Source of the DNA: Octopus bimaculoides
Taxonomy: Eukaryota
NCBI RefSeq assembly: GCF_001194135.2
Contig: NC_068982.1
Span: 110,425,669 to 110,489,668 of the forward strand
Length of the DNA: 64,000 nt
Direction: 5' to 3'
Shown piece after piece: positions 12,635-25,200 of this stretch. Numbering within the stretch: position 1 is the first letter of the stretch; every line of letters starts with the position of its first letter. Made by a program: the position numbers and the translations under genes. Under the pieces are notes generated by a model. It was not told the DNA's origin. It did not search any database and was given only the letters and a program-made list of their open reading frames with translations.

Positions 12635-14026
12635 ATTCTACCAGATAAATTAATTTGGTGTAAATTTGGACTGAAGCTCTGACTACATTAGAAATACCAA
12701 AAGACATAGAAAAAGGCAATTCTCTAAACAAGATGCCATGTAGTGGTTTCTGCAGTGGTTCTGGGATCTGGTGATTCTGATGCAAACTTCTTAACCTCTC
12801 AGCTAAGCCTGCTGCTATTGTGTATATAGGACTACATTATGTAGTATATTACATTTATAACTTGACAGTGTATGGTTTGAGAGAGAGATTTGGCCTCAAT
12901 TTCTTGCAGGTTCAGTGCTATTTGCACATTGATTTAACTAGTTAGACATTCAGTTAATTGAACAACCAAATTCTCTTCAACAAAACCAATGAAGATTCCA
13001 TCAATCATGTTTAAAAAGAGAACAGCGTGGTCATGGCTGGAATCAAATCAATCAGAGCTTCTATCAGACTAAACAGCAATAATCATGCACATCAATTTAA
13101 AGCCTGTTTTTCCATGCTTGCATATATTGTATTGGACAAGTAAAACGTGTTTCTTCTGTACCATCTAATCTGTAATTGATTGTCTCTTTTGCAGACATTA
13201 ACCAATGCTTTCACACTCACATAATCAATTGTCATGTACTCCTTATTCATTAAGTTTTACTGAAGCTAACGCTACAGTTTCTCAAGTCTATAACCTTCTT
13301 GACTTCACTCCCAATCTGTTGTTGTAAAATGGTACCCTGCTTCTAATATGCACATCAAATAATTTGTCCTTACACACTGAGATATTTCTGTTTCTTTATT
13401 TCTAAACCTTTATAACTAACAAGCAGAGATTAATAATTATTCCATAGGTGAGATTAAACTGAATTGTCATCAGTCATTTAATTTCAGCAATATTTTTTTT
13501 GTCATTTACTAAATTTATATATTATCAAATTGCATAATAATGTTCTAAATATTAATATAGAGTCAGAGCTAGTTGCTCCTCCTAAAGTTTATGCTATTCT
13601 TTGTTTTTATATATTTATTTCAAGATTTATTTTATATTGGGCAATACATTTATTGTTTTCTCCATCTCCTATGAAACCTACTATATTTCTTTATCTAGTT
13701 CTGATCTTCCTTTACTTTCACATATTTTTTATCATTAACAATATCAGGCCTGTCTAAAAAACAAACTTTTGAAACAGCACCATCCACCCACACACAGATC
13801 ACCTTTCCACAAATCCTCATATGTCACTTTATCAAAATGTCTCAAATGTCAAAGTGACAGATGGTAGAAAATATTTAGTAGGAAACATTTGCCAAAATAA
13901 ATTTTGTTTGCTTTCATTGAGGGTGGGGGTATAAATAAAGAAGTTACAAAGAGGGCATGAATATTTTATATATAAAAGTATGGCTTGGTTTTCATAAAGT
14001 TAGGAGTTTCTCTTTAGATGTTAATA

Positions 14027-14240
14027 CAAGGTGGTGCTGAAAAGTCCCTGGCTTTGGATAAAAGAAAATACAGGAGGATCAGTTTATGATTTTATCCAAT
14101 ATATCCCCCTCTCAGATTCACACACTTCTTGCAGTGGTCCTTCAGTTTCTTTGAGCCCTGTAAAAGAACTTGGAAAGTCGGGCCTCCAGCCTGGCCTTTT
14201 GCAATACTCTTAAAGCCAAGAACTTTTCAGCACCCCCTCA
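14027..14240 (+). mobile_element. Tc1/mariner-type MITE (about 214 bp)
   Basis: About 28-bp TIRs (gtgctgaaaagtccctggcttt / aaagccaagaacttttcagcac) flanked by TA. Confidence 0.82.
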
Positions 14241-14636
14241 TATAGTTTGAACTGTTAAAAATAGTGTACGCCTTTGCTTTTATTACAGTACTGGACTATA
14301 GTGCATAAGTTTATAACACTATACTTTAAACACATGCATCACATAGAGAACTAACCTTCACATCCACTCACATCCAACAGAACTATATTCCAAATATATC
14401 ACTAATATAGACAAAATACTTCATACCATACAATGAAATCTTTATAAGATTACATGTCAAATATAGAAATTATATAATTACCCAGGAAATATAGAAATCA
14501 TACATTATACTTCAAATGTATATACATAGTACAACTGAAACATAGGCATCATTATTCTTTATTCAATACTTTTCAAATAGTGCATTATTCTTTATGCTTT
14601 ACTTATAATATATTACTCTTCAAATATAGTCATCAT

Positions 14637-14668
<32 letters not shown>

Positions 14669-16344
14669 CAACAAATATAGACGTTATACATTAATACAGT
14701 GGAATTATTTCATAATCAACTTTTAAAATATTAACATTTGGTTTTGACATGACATTCTGCCTGTTTGTCTATTTACCTATCTCTATCTATCTGCCACCTA
14801 ATCACTCTACCCATACATCTGTTTGTTTATCTTTCTGGATCTGCATCTCTGCTTATCAGTCTGCTCTTCATTAAAATGTCATTGTTTTGTTGCTTACATA
14901 CAGATCTCATTACCTGTTCCTCATTTCTTTTCATGTGTTTTCTAGTCACAAAAGATTACCTTATTTTTCTGCCTATAAATATCAATTTAATGACACTTTC
15001 AAGATCAAGTAGAATCATCCTTATATCAATGTTTCAAACTTAGTTTGCTGCGGCAATGAAACTCTAAATTTGTGAATATAAAAATTATTTATATTAAAAT
15101 TCTTGAACACGAAGCTTTACAAATTATTATTTGCAGACTTGTATAACACCGAGAATGAAGGGTCCTCTACATGCTGCAATCAGCTAAAAATAGTAAAGGA
15201 ATTTATCTCAAAACATTGCCTACAAACTTAAAAGAAAGAGGGATGACTACCCATGGATCTGCTCAGTTGAGTCTGACATAGAGTTAACAATAACTGCTGC
15301 TAGAATAGCAAGAGGCACAAGTGATCAAATACCGATAGTAGATTTTATTAGTAACCTTGACCTTGTTTACAGCATTTCAATACTTAACTTTCATGAGTAA
15401 TACTTAAATCTTAACCAAATATTGCTAATAAAACTACTAAAGCGCCTTGAAGTTTTTCTTTCAGCTGTCTTTTGTTGTAAATATACGAAATCAAAGTATT
15501 GGTTCTTTTTTACATTTGTTATTGTAAAAATAATAATTCAGAAAAATTTTGATGCTCTGCGACTGAGGAAATAAGTCAACAGCTGTTATCTCCCTTACGT
15601 AGGTTCTTCTGTTCTGTATTTAACATCTGTAGTCATTCTAATTTTTCTTAGTTGTGTTAGGATAATAGCTTTCTGACAACAGTATTATTTGTCATTATGA
15701 AATGATGTGCTAGTAAATACTATTGAGCTCTTGGCTACATGGTGAAGAACATAGATGTACAAATCTCTTAGTTTTGTACATCTATGTTCTAAGCTTAAAT
15801 TATGCCAGAGTTTTACATCGCTTTTCTTTTAAGAGTTTATAAAAGTGTTATAGTACTAATGTGTGTGTGTGTGTTAAAAAGTTCCATCTTTCATAAAATT
15901 TCCTTTCCTTGATTGGACATTTACTAATAGACATCTAACTCATCTAGCACAATCACTCTCACTTATTTGCCTAAGTTCATATGCTACCTCTGCTTCTCTT
16001 TGAATCCCTCCTGCAGTAGCATTTTTTTCTTCTTTCTCTTGTTTAACATTGAGAATATCTGTTTCAACTCACATCCTTTTGAAGTCATCATTGTAGCTAT
16101 TTCCTCTTCTTACCCTCCTTCTACATTGACACCACTAATATAGAGGTTGAATTATTTACTGTTCTAAATTATACCTGCATTCCTAACCATGACAGGACTC
16201 TCACAAACCCTCCTGAAATTGCTGCATCTTCCAACATTATATAGTCTGACCCCACATTTCTCTACTAACCCTAAACCTAACCTTAACCCTCGATTCACCA
16301 TAACAAACAAGTTGAAAATGTATACAATGTTACAATTCTTTGAT

Positions 16345-18480
16345 TCTGCAAAGAAAGAGGCTGGAAAATGCCATTATGAAAGACTGCTGAACGTGGAGAA
16401 TGAATGGGAGGAGGAGAGTCTGCCGAAGGTTGACCCGATTGAGGGACCAGCTACCTGAATCTACAGTACCTTGGTAATAAAGCAATTAAGGATATGAAGA
16501 CAGGGAAAGCCCCCAGTCCATCAGGAATCACTGCTGAAATGCTTAAAATATCTAGCAGTGTGAGTTATGGTCTAGCAACCCATATTGTAAATCAGGAGGT
16601 CCACGAAGGAGTCATACCCAATGACTGGTACAGCAGCATCATAGTCAACTGCTACAAAAGTAAAGGTGAGACCTTAGATAGAAATAGTTACAGAGGTATC
16701 AAATTGTTGGATCAGATGTTGAAAGTTATGGAGATTAATCATAGCCCAACTAATTAAGGAGAGAGTTAGCCTAGATGTGATGCAGTTTGGTTTTGTGCCA
16801 GGGAGAAACACTATTGATGCTATATGTCAGGTAAGACAGCTGCCAGAGAAATACCTAGTCAAAGATAAACTTCTGTACTTGGCCTTTGTTGACTTGAAGA
16901 AAGCCTTTGACAGGGTCCCCCAATCCCTTATTTGGTGGTCAATGCAGAAACTAGGGATAAACAAGTGGTTGGTTAGAGCTGTACAAGCCATGTACAGGGA
17001 TACTACCAGTAAGGTGAGGGTTGGCAATGAGTACAGAAAAGAATTCAGGGTATAAGTAGGGGTTCATGAAGGATTGGTGCTCAGCCCCCTCTTTTTCATC
17101 ATAGTCCTCCAGGCAATAACAGAGGAATTTAAGACAGGCTGCCCCTGGATGCTCCTCTATGCTGATGACCTTCCTCTTATAGCTGAATGACTACCAGGAC
17201 TAGAGAAGAAGTTCCAGGTATGGAAGAAAAGTCTAGAATCGAAGGGCCTTAGAGTTAATCTAACAAAAACCAAAGTCTTAGTAAGTAGGAAGGCAGAAAA
17301 ATCACAAATCCCTTCAGGTAAATGGCCCTGCTTGATCTGTAGAAAAGGCATAGGTAGAAACTCTGTAAGATGCACCCAGTGCATGCACCTTTTATTTGGA
17401 CACATAAAAGGTCCAGCAATATCAGAGGAAGATTGACAGGGAAACTAGCTTTTGTATGTGGAAGGTGCACAGGAACAATAAACACTGAAAACGTACAGAA
17501 AATAGACTCCTTCAACTACCAGGGGGGGTGCAAGCTAGAGGTAGTAGATAGCTTCTGTTATCTAGGTGACCAGGTTAGTAGTGGAGGTGGATGCTCCAAG
17601 AGCATAGCAGTGAGAATAAGATTAGGTTGGGCAAAGTTCAGAGAGCTCATACCTCTACCAGCCAGAAAGGACCTCTCTCTCAGAGTGAAAGGCAGACTGC
17701 ATAATGCCTGTGTGCAAACCGCCATGCTACATGGCAGTGAAACATGGGCTATAACAGCCGAGGACATGCATAGGCTTGAAAGAAATGAAGCCAGTATGCT
17801 TCGCTGGATGTGCAATGTCTGTGTACATGTTCGACAGAGTGTAAGCATCTTGAGAGAAAAGATAGGCATAAGAGGAATCAAATGTGGTGTGCAAGAGAGA
17901 TGACTATCCTGGTATGGTCATGTGATGCGTATGGATGAGGACAGCTGTGTAAAGAAGTGCTGCTCTCTAACTGTGGAGAAAACCTGTGGTAGAGGTACAC
18001 CCAAGAAGATATGGGACTCAGTAGTGAAGGATGATCTTCAAACTTTGAGCCTCACAGAGACAATGACTAGTGACCAAGACCTTTTGAGATATGCTGTGCT
18101 TGAGAAGACCCATCAAGCCAAGTGAAATCGTAGTTATGGCTGATGTTGGTGTCGTGTAACTGGTACACATGCTGATGACATGTAAAGAGTGCCATTGGAA
18201 CACTGGGCCTCGTGGAGGCTAGTGGCCGAGTTCTTTTTGAGCATTGGATCACGTGGAGGCAAAGTGGCTGAGTTCCTTTCAAGTGTTGGGCCTCACAGAG
18301 GCAAAGTGGCAAAGTTTCTTTCGAGCGTTGGGCCTCACAGAAGCAAAGTGGCTGAGTTCCTTTCAAGCGTTGGGCCTCGTGGAGGCAAAGTGGCCAAGTT
18401 TCTTTTGAGTTTTGGGCCTCACAGAGACAATGACCGAGACTTTTGGCATTATGTCATGCTTGAGAAAACCCTACAAAAGT
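16345..18480 (+). mobile_element. 5'-truncated, decayed RTE-clade LINE (RT plus 3' region)
   Basis: Fragmented ORFs KAPSPSGITAEMLK, YRGIKLL, QFGFVPGRNTIDAI, LAFVDLKKAFDRVP, LLYADDL, FCYLGD, LHGSETW; several stops and frameshifts; ends about 580 bp upstream of the POLR3C ATG. Confidence 0.93.
18200..18425 (+). repeat. 42-bp minisatellite (about 5 units) at the RTE 3' end
   Basis: Unit about tgttgggcctcacagaggcaaagtggctgagttcctttcaag; 14-aa periodicity in ORF 18189..18482. Confidence 0.88.
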
Positions 18481-19060
18481 AGTACTCAATTTTCCTCAAC
18501 TGATCAATAGATCAGTTGAATACACTTATCAGTAACGTATATATAATGACTANNNNNNNNNNNNNNNNNNNNNNNNNNNNNNNNNNNNNNNNNNNNNNNN
18601 NNNNNNNNNNNNNNNNNNNNNNNNNNNNNNNNNNNNNNNNNNNNNNNNNNNNNNNNNNNNNNNNNNNNNNNNNNNNNNNNNNNNNNNNNNNNNNNNNNNN
18701 NNNNNATATATATATATATATATAATATATATATATATGTATCTTGACTTGGCAGCACGAGCGATCATTTACAGAGGAGGATGTTCACGTCTCACACACG
18801 AAATAACAGCTACAAAGTTGTTTGATAATTTCTTTACTCGAATGATGATATTGAGTTAGAAAAGAAAAATGCTATATTGTGATATTTATGTGTTTTTCGG
18901 CAACCTTAACGCTGTATGTAAAGTCAAACTACAACCAATAATCCCTTAGAAGAAATAAACATGAACAATTTTTCGGAGTTAGCTAGAATACTTTTACAAT
19001 GGGTACATATCTTTGCTTTCACCGGTAGTGTGATTTTGTTTTTCACACTAATTGTGTACG

Positions 19061-19207
19061 ATGTCTCAAAGCGAAATAAAACTTTGTAAATTAATTATAC
19101 GTGAAAATTTTGCAGAGACTGCTGAAAAGGTTTCTACAATTCTTTTAGAATCAGGGCCTTGCGCGTTGAAGTTACTTGCTATTTATACAAATTTAAAACT
19201 CGATCAG
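19061..19207 (+). CDS. POLR3C: POLR3C coding exon 1 (MSQSEIKLCKLIIRENFAETAEKVSTILLESGPCALKLLAIYTNLKLDQ)
   Basis: ATG at 19061, donor CAG|GTAATA, 49 codons, colinear with the human N-terminus MTQAEIKLC...SLDQ. Confidence 0.93.
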
Positions 19208-22200
19208 GTAATATCTGGTTTTTCTTTTTACTGTTAAATGTATAATACGCTTGTTTTCATTTGAACTCGTGAAAAGAGACATTTTAAAAATGCACATAAA
19301 TGATAGAGGTAATTGTTCAGATTACGTTCGTAAAATCAAAACGTATTGTCGATAATATTGATAACTTTGATTTTAGTTTCAGTTGTTTTTGTTTTTTGTT
19401 TATTTTATCTCTTTTTTGAGGCGTAATTTTAGCTGCAAGTCTGTTTTATGAAAGGAAAGAAGAAAGCAAGAGGAAATGATAGCTAGATAACCAGTCAGAA
19501 ATACAGATTTATATATGAGAGATATAAATAGATAGTTTTATAAGTCGAGCAAATAATGATTTTCTCCAAAGCGAAGCTAGGAATCAGTTGTAAATAACAG
19601 GTACAGATGACGAGGGGTGATAAGAATGAATAAAGTATCAGATAGTATACTTTGCTGTATTTAGTTATGCCCCTTTACTTTTTTTACGAACGAAACCTGA
19701 ACAATTACCTAGATAGATAAACAATAACAATAATTTCTATATTAGTCACTAGACCACAAATCTTTGGATGAGGAATGCAGTCAATTAAATCAACTTTTGC
19801 ACTTATTTTAAAGAGAAAGTCTGAACGTAAAGGGACGTAATTAAATAGTTTATATTTTAAACGTGAAGGTTTCGTCCTTAGCGAACTTTGTGCTACGTCC
19901 GTGCACGTGCGTGCATGGTTTGACACACACGGATGGGTAGTGTCGATCACAATATAATTTAAGAACAGGGCAGATCACACAAGGATGAGAAGTCGTTACC
20001 GAGGCCACCCTATAATTCTTAATATCTTCTCTTGCGATAATTTCTGCAAACTGGGCTCTCTATAACTGCCTGTAAGATCTGTAGCGAGGCATAAAGAAGC
20101 CAGCGCTATTTTGAAACATCGAGATCTCGCCTGCAACCATTATTTAAGGAAAAGACAACATTTTCCCCTCTCGTCCTTCTCACGCTTTGCATAGTTTTGG
20201 TGTATTTGTTGATTGTGTGAGGTGTTGTCGACTATTTTGGGCTGCTTTGCAGCGGTTTTCTGGTTGTGCTTTCTCTCCACCTTGAGGAGGGTCAGCAATG
20301 TCAACAGTAAGGAATATGTTCTGTTCTGACATTAGTAGGTCCGAATTGTCGTCTTTGGAGGAGGAGCTCGTACGAGCAGTTGATAGGATGGACAAGTGCT
20401 TAAGGAAGAAAAGCTTTACGGAAGTGGCAGAAGTCACAAAAAAGGAGGTGGACCTGACAAACAAAGAAAAATATGAGAAGATGGCATGTAGGGGTTCTAG
20501 TTCTCGCTTCCAACTCCTTCCCGATCAGCACAATATCTGCTTTTCCCATGTCAGAGCCAGTCTAAGGTCAAGTAGAATAGATTTGTCTTTCCAGATGATG
20601 ATCCTTGGGTAGCTCCTGTTGAAGGACAGCCAGTCTCTTGCTAGCCCTTTGTCCGAGGTCACTCTATAACATTGCTCTGTGTTATTTCCTTCTTATTTTC
20701 GATGGTAGTCCAATCTACCTCACCTATCATCTCCCTATCGCCATCAGATAATGAGATGGCACTGCTGGTCATGATTTCTGGCTAGTCCTGTGTTGAGAGA
20801 TGAGGTCCTTTGGCCTCTTAGTGCTCTACCTTTTTATTGGTCCCTGCTGTAGAACATAAGGTGATTTCTTTTGCTCTGACTATCCTTGAAGTCACTACCA
20901 GTTGTACTCTGGAAACAGCTTCTGACGTTTCCTATTGTTATTACTGTCTCTACTGTTGTCTGTCACCCTCTTTCCTCCACAGCATTTCCTCCTTCTCTAG
21001 CAGAAAGTCCTCAAGTGATCATATTTCCATATGTGTAGTAACTACCCTTTCTGCTCTGCACTACCATTCTGTTTGCTTTCCTTTTTACTCTTATGATGAG
21101 GTACAACTTCAGGATAGTCTTATAATATCTTTGAGAATCATTAGGACCTGCATGTTCATGCAGTGCTATAACCTCACCTTGCTGTACTGTGTTGCAAAGA
21201 TGCTGTCAAGACAAAGTCAACATCTGTAGCAATGTTCTTTGCTAGGATACTTGTTTTGTCTCTCCATATATTGCAGCACTAGCCTGTGAGCAAGTGTATG
21301 ATCCATCAGCTTTGTTTTCTTACTTTGTCTTGAATCTTAAAGACCAAGCACATACTTCTACATACCCTGCCTTGTCTGATGAGGCATACATCTGCCAGGA
21401 CCTCTAACTCTTTCCTTGAAACCTTAAGGAAACCTTAAGTAGATCATCTTCCAACTTGTCATTCTTGGATTACCTCATTGGATAAAGAAGCACTACCTTT
21501 TGTGACACTTCTTAACCATTGTCTTTCCTTTGAGTTGGCTCAAATTGAGTTACTCCTTTTTTTTCCACAATGTTAGCTCACATATTTTTATTTTAATTAT
21601 GTTTCCCATGTCCTCTGATCAACTAAGTGAACAGCACCCCTGAATACATGCTAACTCCAACCAAAGTGACCTGTTCCAGACATGTCAGCATGAAAAGTGG
21701 TTGTAAAAATGATGATGATGATGATGTGAATGTATGTCTAAATTTTCTGTGTTTGATTAAAATTTTGAGGGCATGTTTATTTACATTAGTACAACCACTA
21801 CTGTGATGAGCACTCACATCTGTCACTTCTGAAATAGTCTTCTTTCAGTTTGTAAATTGTGCAATGTCAAAAATGATTAAACAATGTTCAAAAATGTGTA
21901 AAAATAGACCTTTTTTAGATTTACCAAAAGGAGAACTAAAAATTAAAGTATCTTATCTACATGATTTCTCTCTGCAACTTCTTATCTGTGCTGCATATGT
22001 TGTTATTTAGCCTCACATCAATCCTGATCTAACAGATTTTGAACATGCTTATGACTACATTATCTAATATGACCCCCCTCCTTTTTTAGACGACTGTAAG
22101 GTTTGATTTAAGGGAAATCTTGTTATTATTTCTAGCAGACCAAACAACCGCATAGAGGTTCCCTTTTCCTCATGGGACAAATTGAGTTCAACATTGCAAA

Positions 22201-25200
22201 CCAATGATTCAATTGTTTAACTGGTGCAGACCACCACTCGATTTTAACTTGGTTTTTATAATAATCTTTACATAAATAGACTAGTAATCATAAAAGTTTA
22301 AGTGGAATGACTGAAGCATGGCTTTGCAGTTAAGAAGTATTCTTTACAATACAGTTGTGAATTCAATCCACTGCATGTCAACTTGAACCAGTTCTTCCAT
22401 CATAGTCTGAAGTCAACTAAAGCCAAAAACTGTGTGAATGCCCACCAGAGGAACCATTCTTGCTCCAGTCAAACCATCCAATCCATGCCACCATGGAAAA
22501 AGGATGTTAAATGATGATGATAATGAAGAGGAGGATGACTGAGTAATAGTCGACCATATTGTCAGACATGAGAAATGTAACATTTTTATCTATAAGTTGA
22601 TTTTTTTAAAAAAAGAAGCATCATGAATGTTGTCATTATTTTATGACTACTGGAAGGGTTTTGCCACTTTTAGTTGTTTACCATCTTTGTGAGGTTCAGC
22701 CTCCTCAGATTAGCCTTCGCTTCTTCTTGCTTTGTTTTCTTTAGTTTTCATCTTTCACAGATTTTTCCCACTGTAATTACTCATCCTATCATCCATACAT
22801 GCTTCACTCTTTTCTCTAGCATACTGAATCTAATTCCTTTTATATCCAGCTACTATTTCTAGCAGGTTGTACCACCATGTATAACCTCACTCAGTGTATT
22901 TATGCTCTGTCATCCATGCATACTAACATTTAACATTACACATCTAGTGGAGTTGCATGATGCATCTCTTTCCAGCTTTCACTCACCCTCAGCATTCATT
23001 GCCCTTGTTTCACTATCATACAACTTCACACTTGATGTGCAAACATATATGTATGTGTGTATTCATTTGTTCATTTTACATTCATTATTTTGATGCTAGT
23101 ATGGGTTAGAAAATATCTTATTGTAGTATTGTTTTACTGCTGGATGCTCTTGTCTCTAACCCTTATTTCTAAGCAGTCTCTTATTCCATACATCTTTGAA
23201 GGTATAAAGCCTGCAGATGATTTGTTGATAGGGAAATAACAACATTATTGCTTGTACTTTAGCAATTTTCAGTGCAGTACAAATGTAAACAAACACACAT
23301 CATCATCATCCTCATCATTTAATGCTCGGTTTTCATGCTGGTATGGGTTGGACTGCTTGATAGTAAATGGTAAGGCCAGGGGCCACACCAGGTTCCATAG
23401 TCTGTTTTGGTTTGACTTCTATGGCTGGGTGCCCTTCCTGATGCCAACCACTCCACAGTGTACTTTTTATGTGGCACCATCACCAGTGCTTTTAAGTGGC
23501 ACCAGCAATATATGTATATATATAAAACTGGTTTTCAGTTTCTGTTTATCAAATCCACTCGCATAACTTTATAGAAGAAAAAAATTTGCTCAGTGTGCTG
23601 TACAGTAGGACAGAACCCAAACCATGAGTTGAGAAGAGCCTTCTTACCCACAGAGCCATGTCTGTACCTTATACATACATACATGCATGCATGCTGTACA
23701 TGATTTGAAAGTACATTTGTTCTTCAGTGTTTTTGGCTTTCATCTTATGTCACATAGTTATGAACATATGCACACATACATTAACATACATGCACACAAA
23801 TATTCACATATATAGAGATACATACACATTTATCCGATGTGTGTGCGTGTATATAATCCTCAGTTATTCTTTACATCTCATTTACAGGTAAAAAAAATTC
23901 TGGCTGTTCTCATTACACATCACATAGTAAAGTTCAATGTGAACAAGAAAGGTCTAATTGAGTATAACATTAGCATTAAAGCAATTTTATCTCGAGTACG
24001 CTTCCCTATTTATATCTGCACTTCAAAAACCCTTTATGGAGATGCTGCTGAACTCTTGGTTGAAGAACTTCTGCAGAGAGGTGAAGCTACCATGGAAACT
24101 GTTGTCAACAAAGTAACAGAACGGCTAAATGATGCATTGGAGGCCTCAGGTAATATATATTTAATTTCTACTCTTTCACGTCTATATAGTGAAACATCAA
24201 CTTAATAAAGAAAACTCTTAAGTAGTTGCTCCACCTGCTGAAAATATCAGCTTAAACTCCTTCAAATCTTATCTGACCATCTTAAAAAGTGAATGACAAA
24301 CTGAATGATAATCATCATCATCATCATCGTCGTTTAATGTCCACTTTCCATGCTAGCATGGGTTGGACGATTTGACTGAGGACTGGTGAAACCAGATGGC
24401 TACACCAGGCTCCAATCTGATTTGGCAGAGTTTCTACAGCTGGATGCCCTTCCTAACGCCAACCACTCAGAGAGTGTAGTGGGTGCTTTTTACATGCCAC
24501 CGGCATGGAGGCCAGTCAGGTGAAAGTCCTAAATATACTGTGACTGTCTGCTCAATCAATGTTGACCTGAGGCTGAAAGTTATCAAAATATGAAATGTGT
24601 CAAAAAATGAAATATGTCAAAAAATTTCTCAAATTTACACAACTCTTTGATGTTGTTTTACTGGGGATTTTGTTATTGTTGTTTAACCCCTTGGTCAGCC
24701 CCCATTGAATAGATCCAGTGCTGGATTAACCATTAACCAAAATAAGCAGGTGCTTAGGGCATCAAGGGAAGAGGGGTACCACAGAAATGGTTAATGGTTT
24801 ATGACACAAAAATCACTTTAAATTTGCTAAAATAATATTCAGGATGCTTTATCTCTGCTAAGCATAGTAGCAGATGTGTTATGTAAGATTAATTTTGTGG
24901 GTCTGATCAAAGAGTTTGTAATTTAAAAATGTAGGAGAAAACTTTTCAAATAATAAAGTGGAAGTATACAAAAATAAATGTTATTTTCCATCTTATTTTT
25001 AGTTTTGTTTCATTTTGAAAAATAAAAAATTATTTTACGGCTTATTATTGTATCAAAATCTTTTATGTGCTTAGGGCCTCTATGTGTATTAATTTGGCCC
25101 TGAATAGATCTGTGATCAAAGTGAGTAGTAAACTTAATGAATTGCCTGATTGAACACTACCACCTGGAATTTGGTTACTTTTAGGAAGCATTTAAATTTG

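Noticed and set aside
16264-16289. Telomere-like ctaaccctaaacctaaccttaaccct
   Set aside because: Only about 4 degenerate units; too short to call an interstitial telomere.
16827-17881. Minus-strand ORFs over the LINE (also 52311-52685, 53100-53558)
   Set aside because: Antisense shadows of the RTE RT frame.
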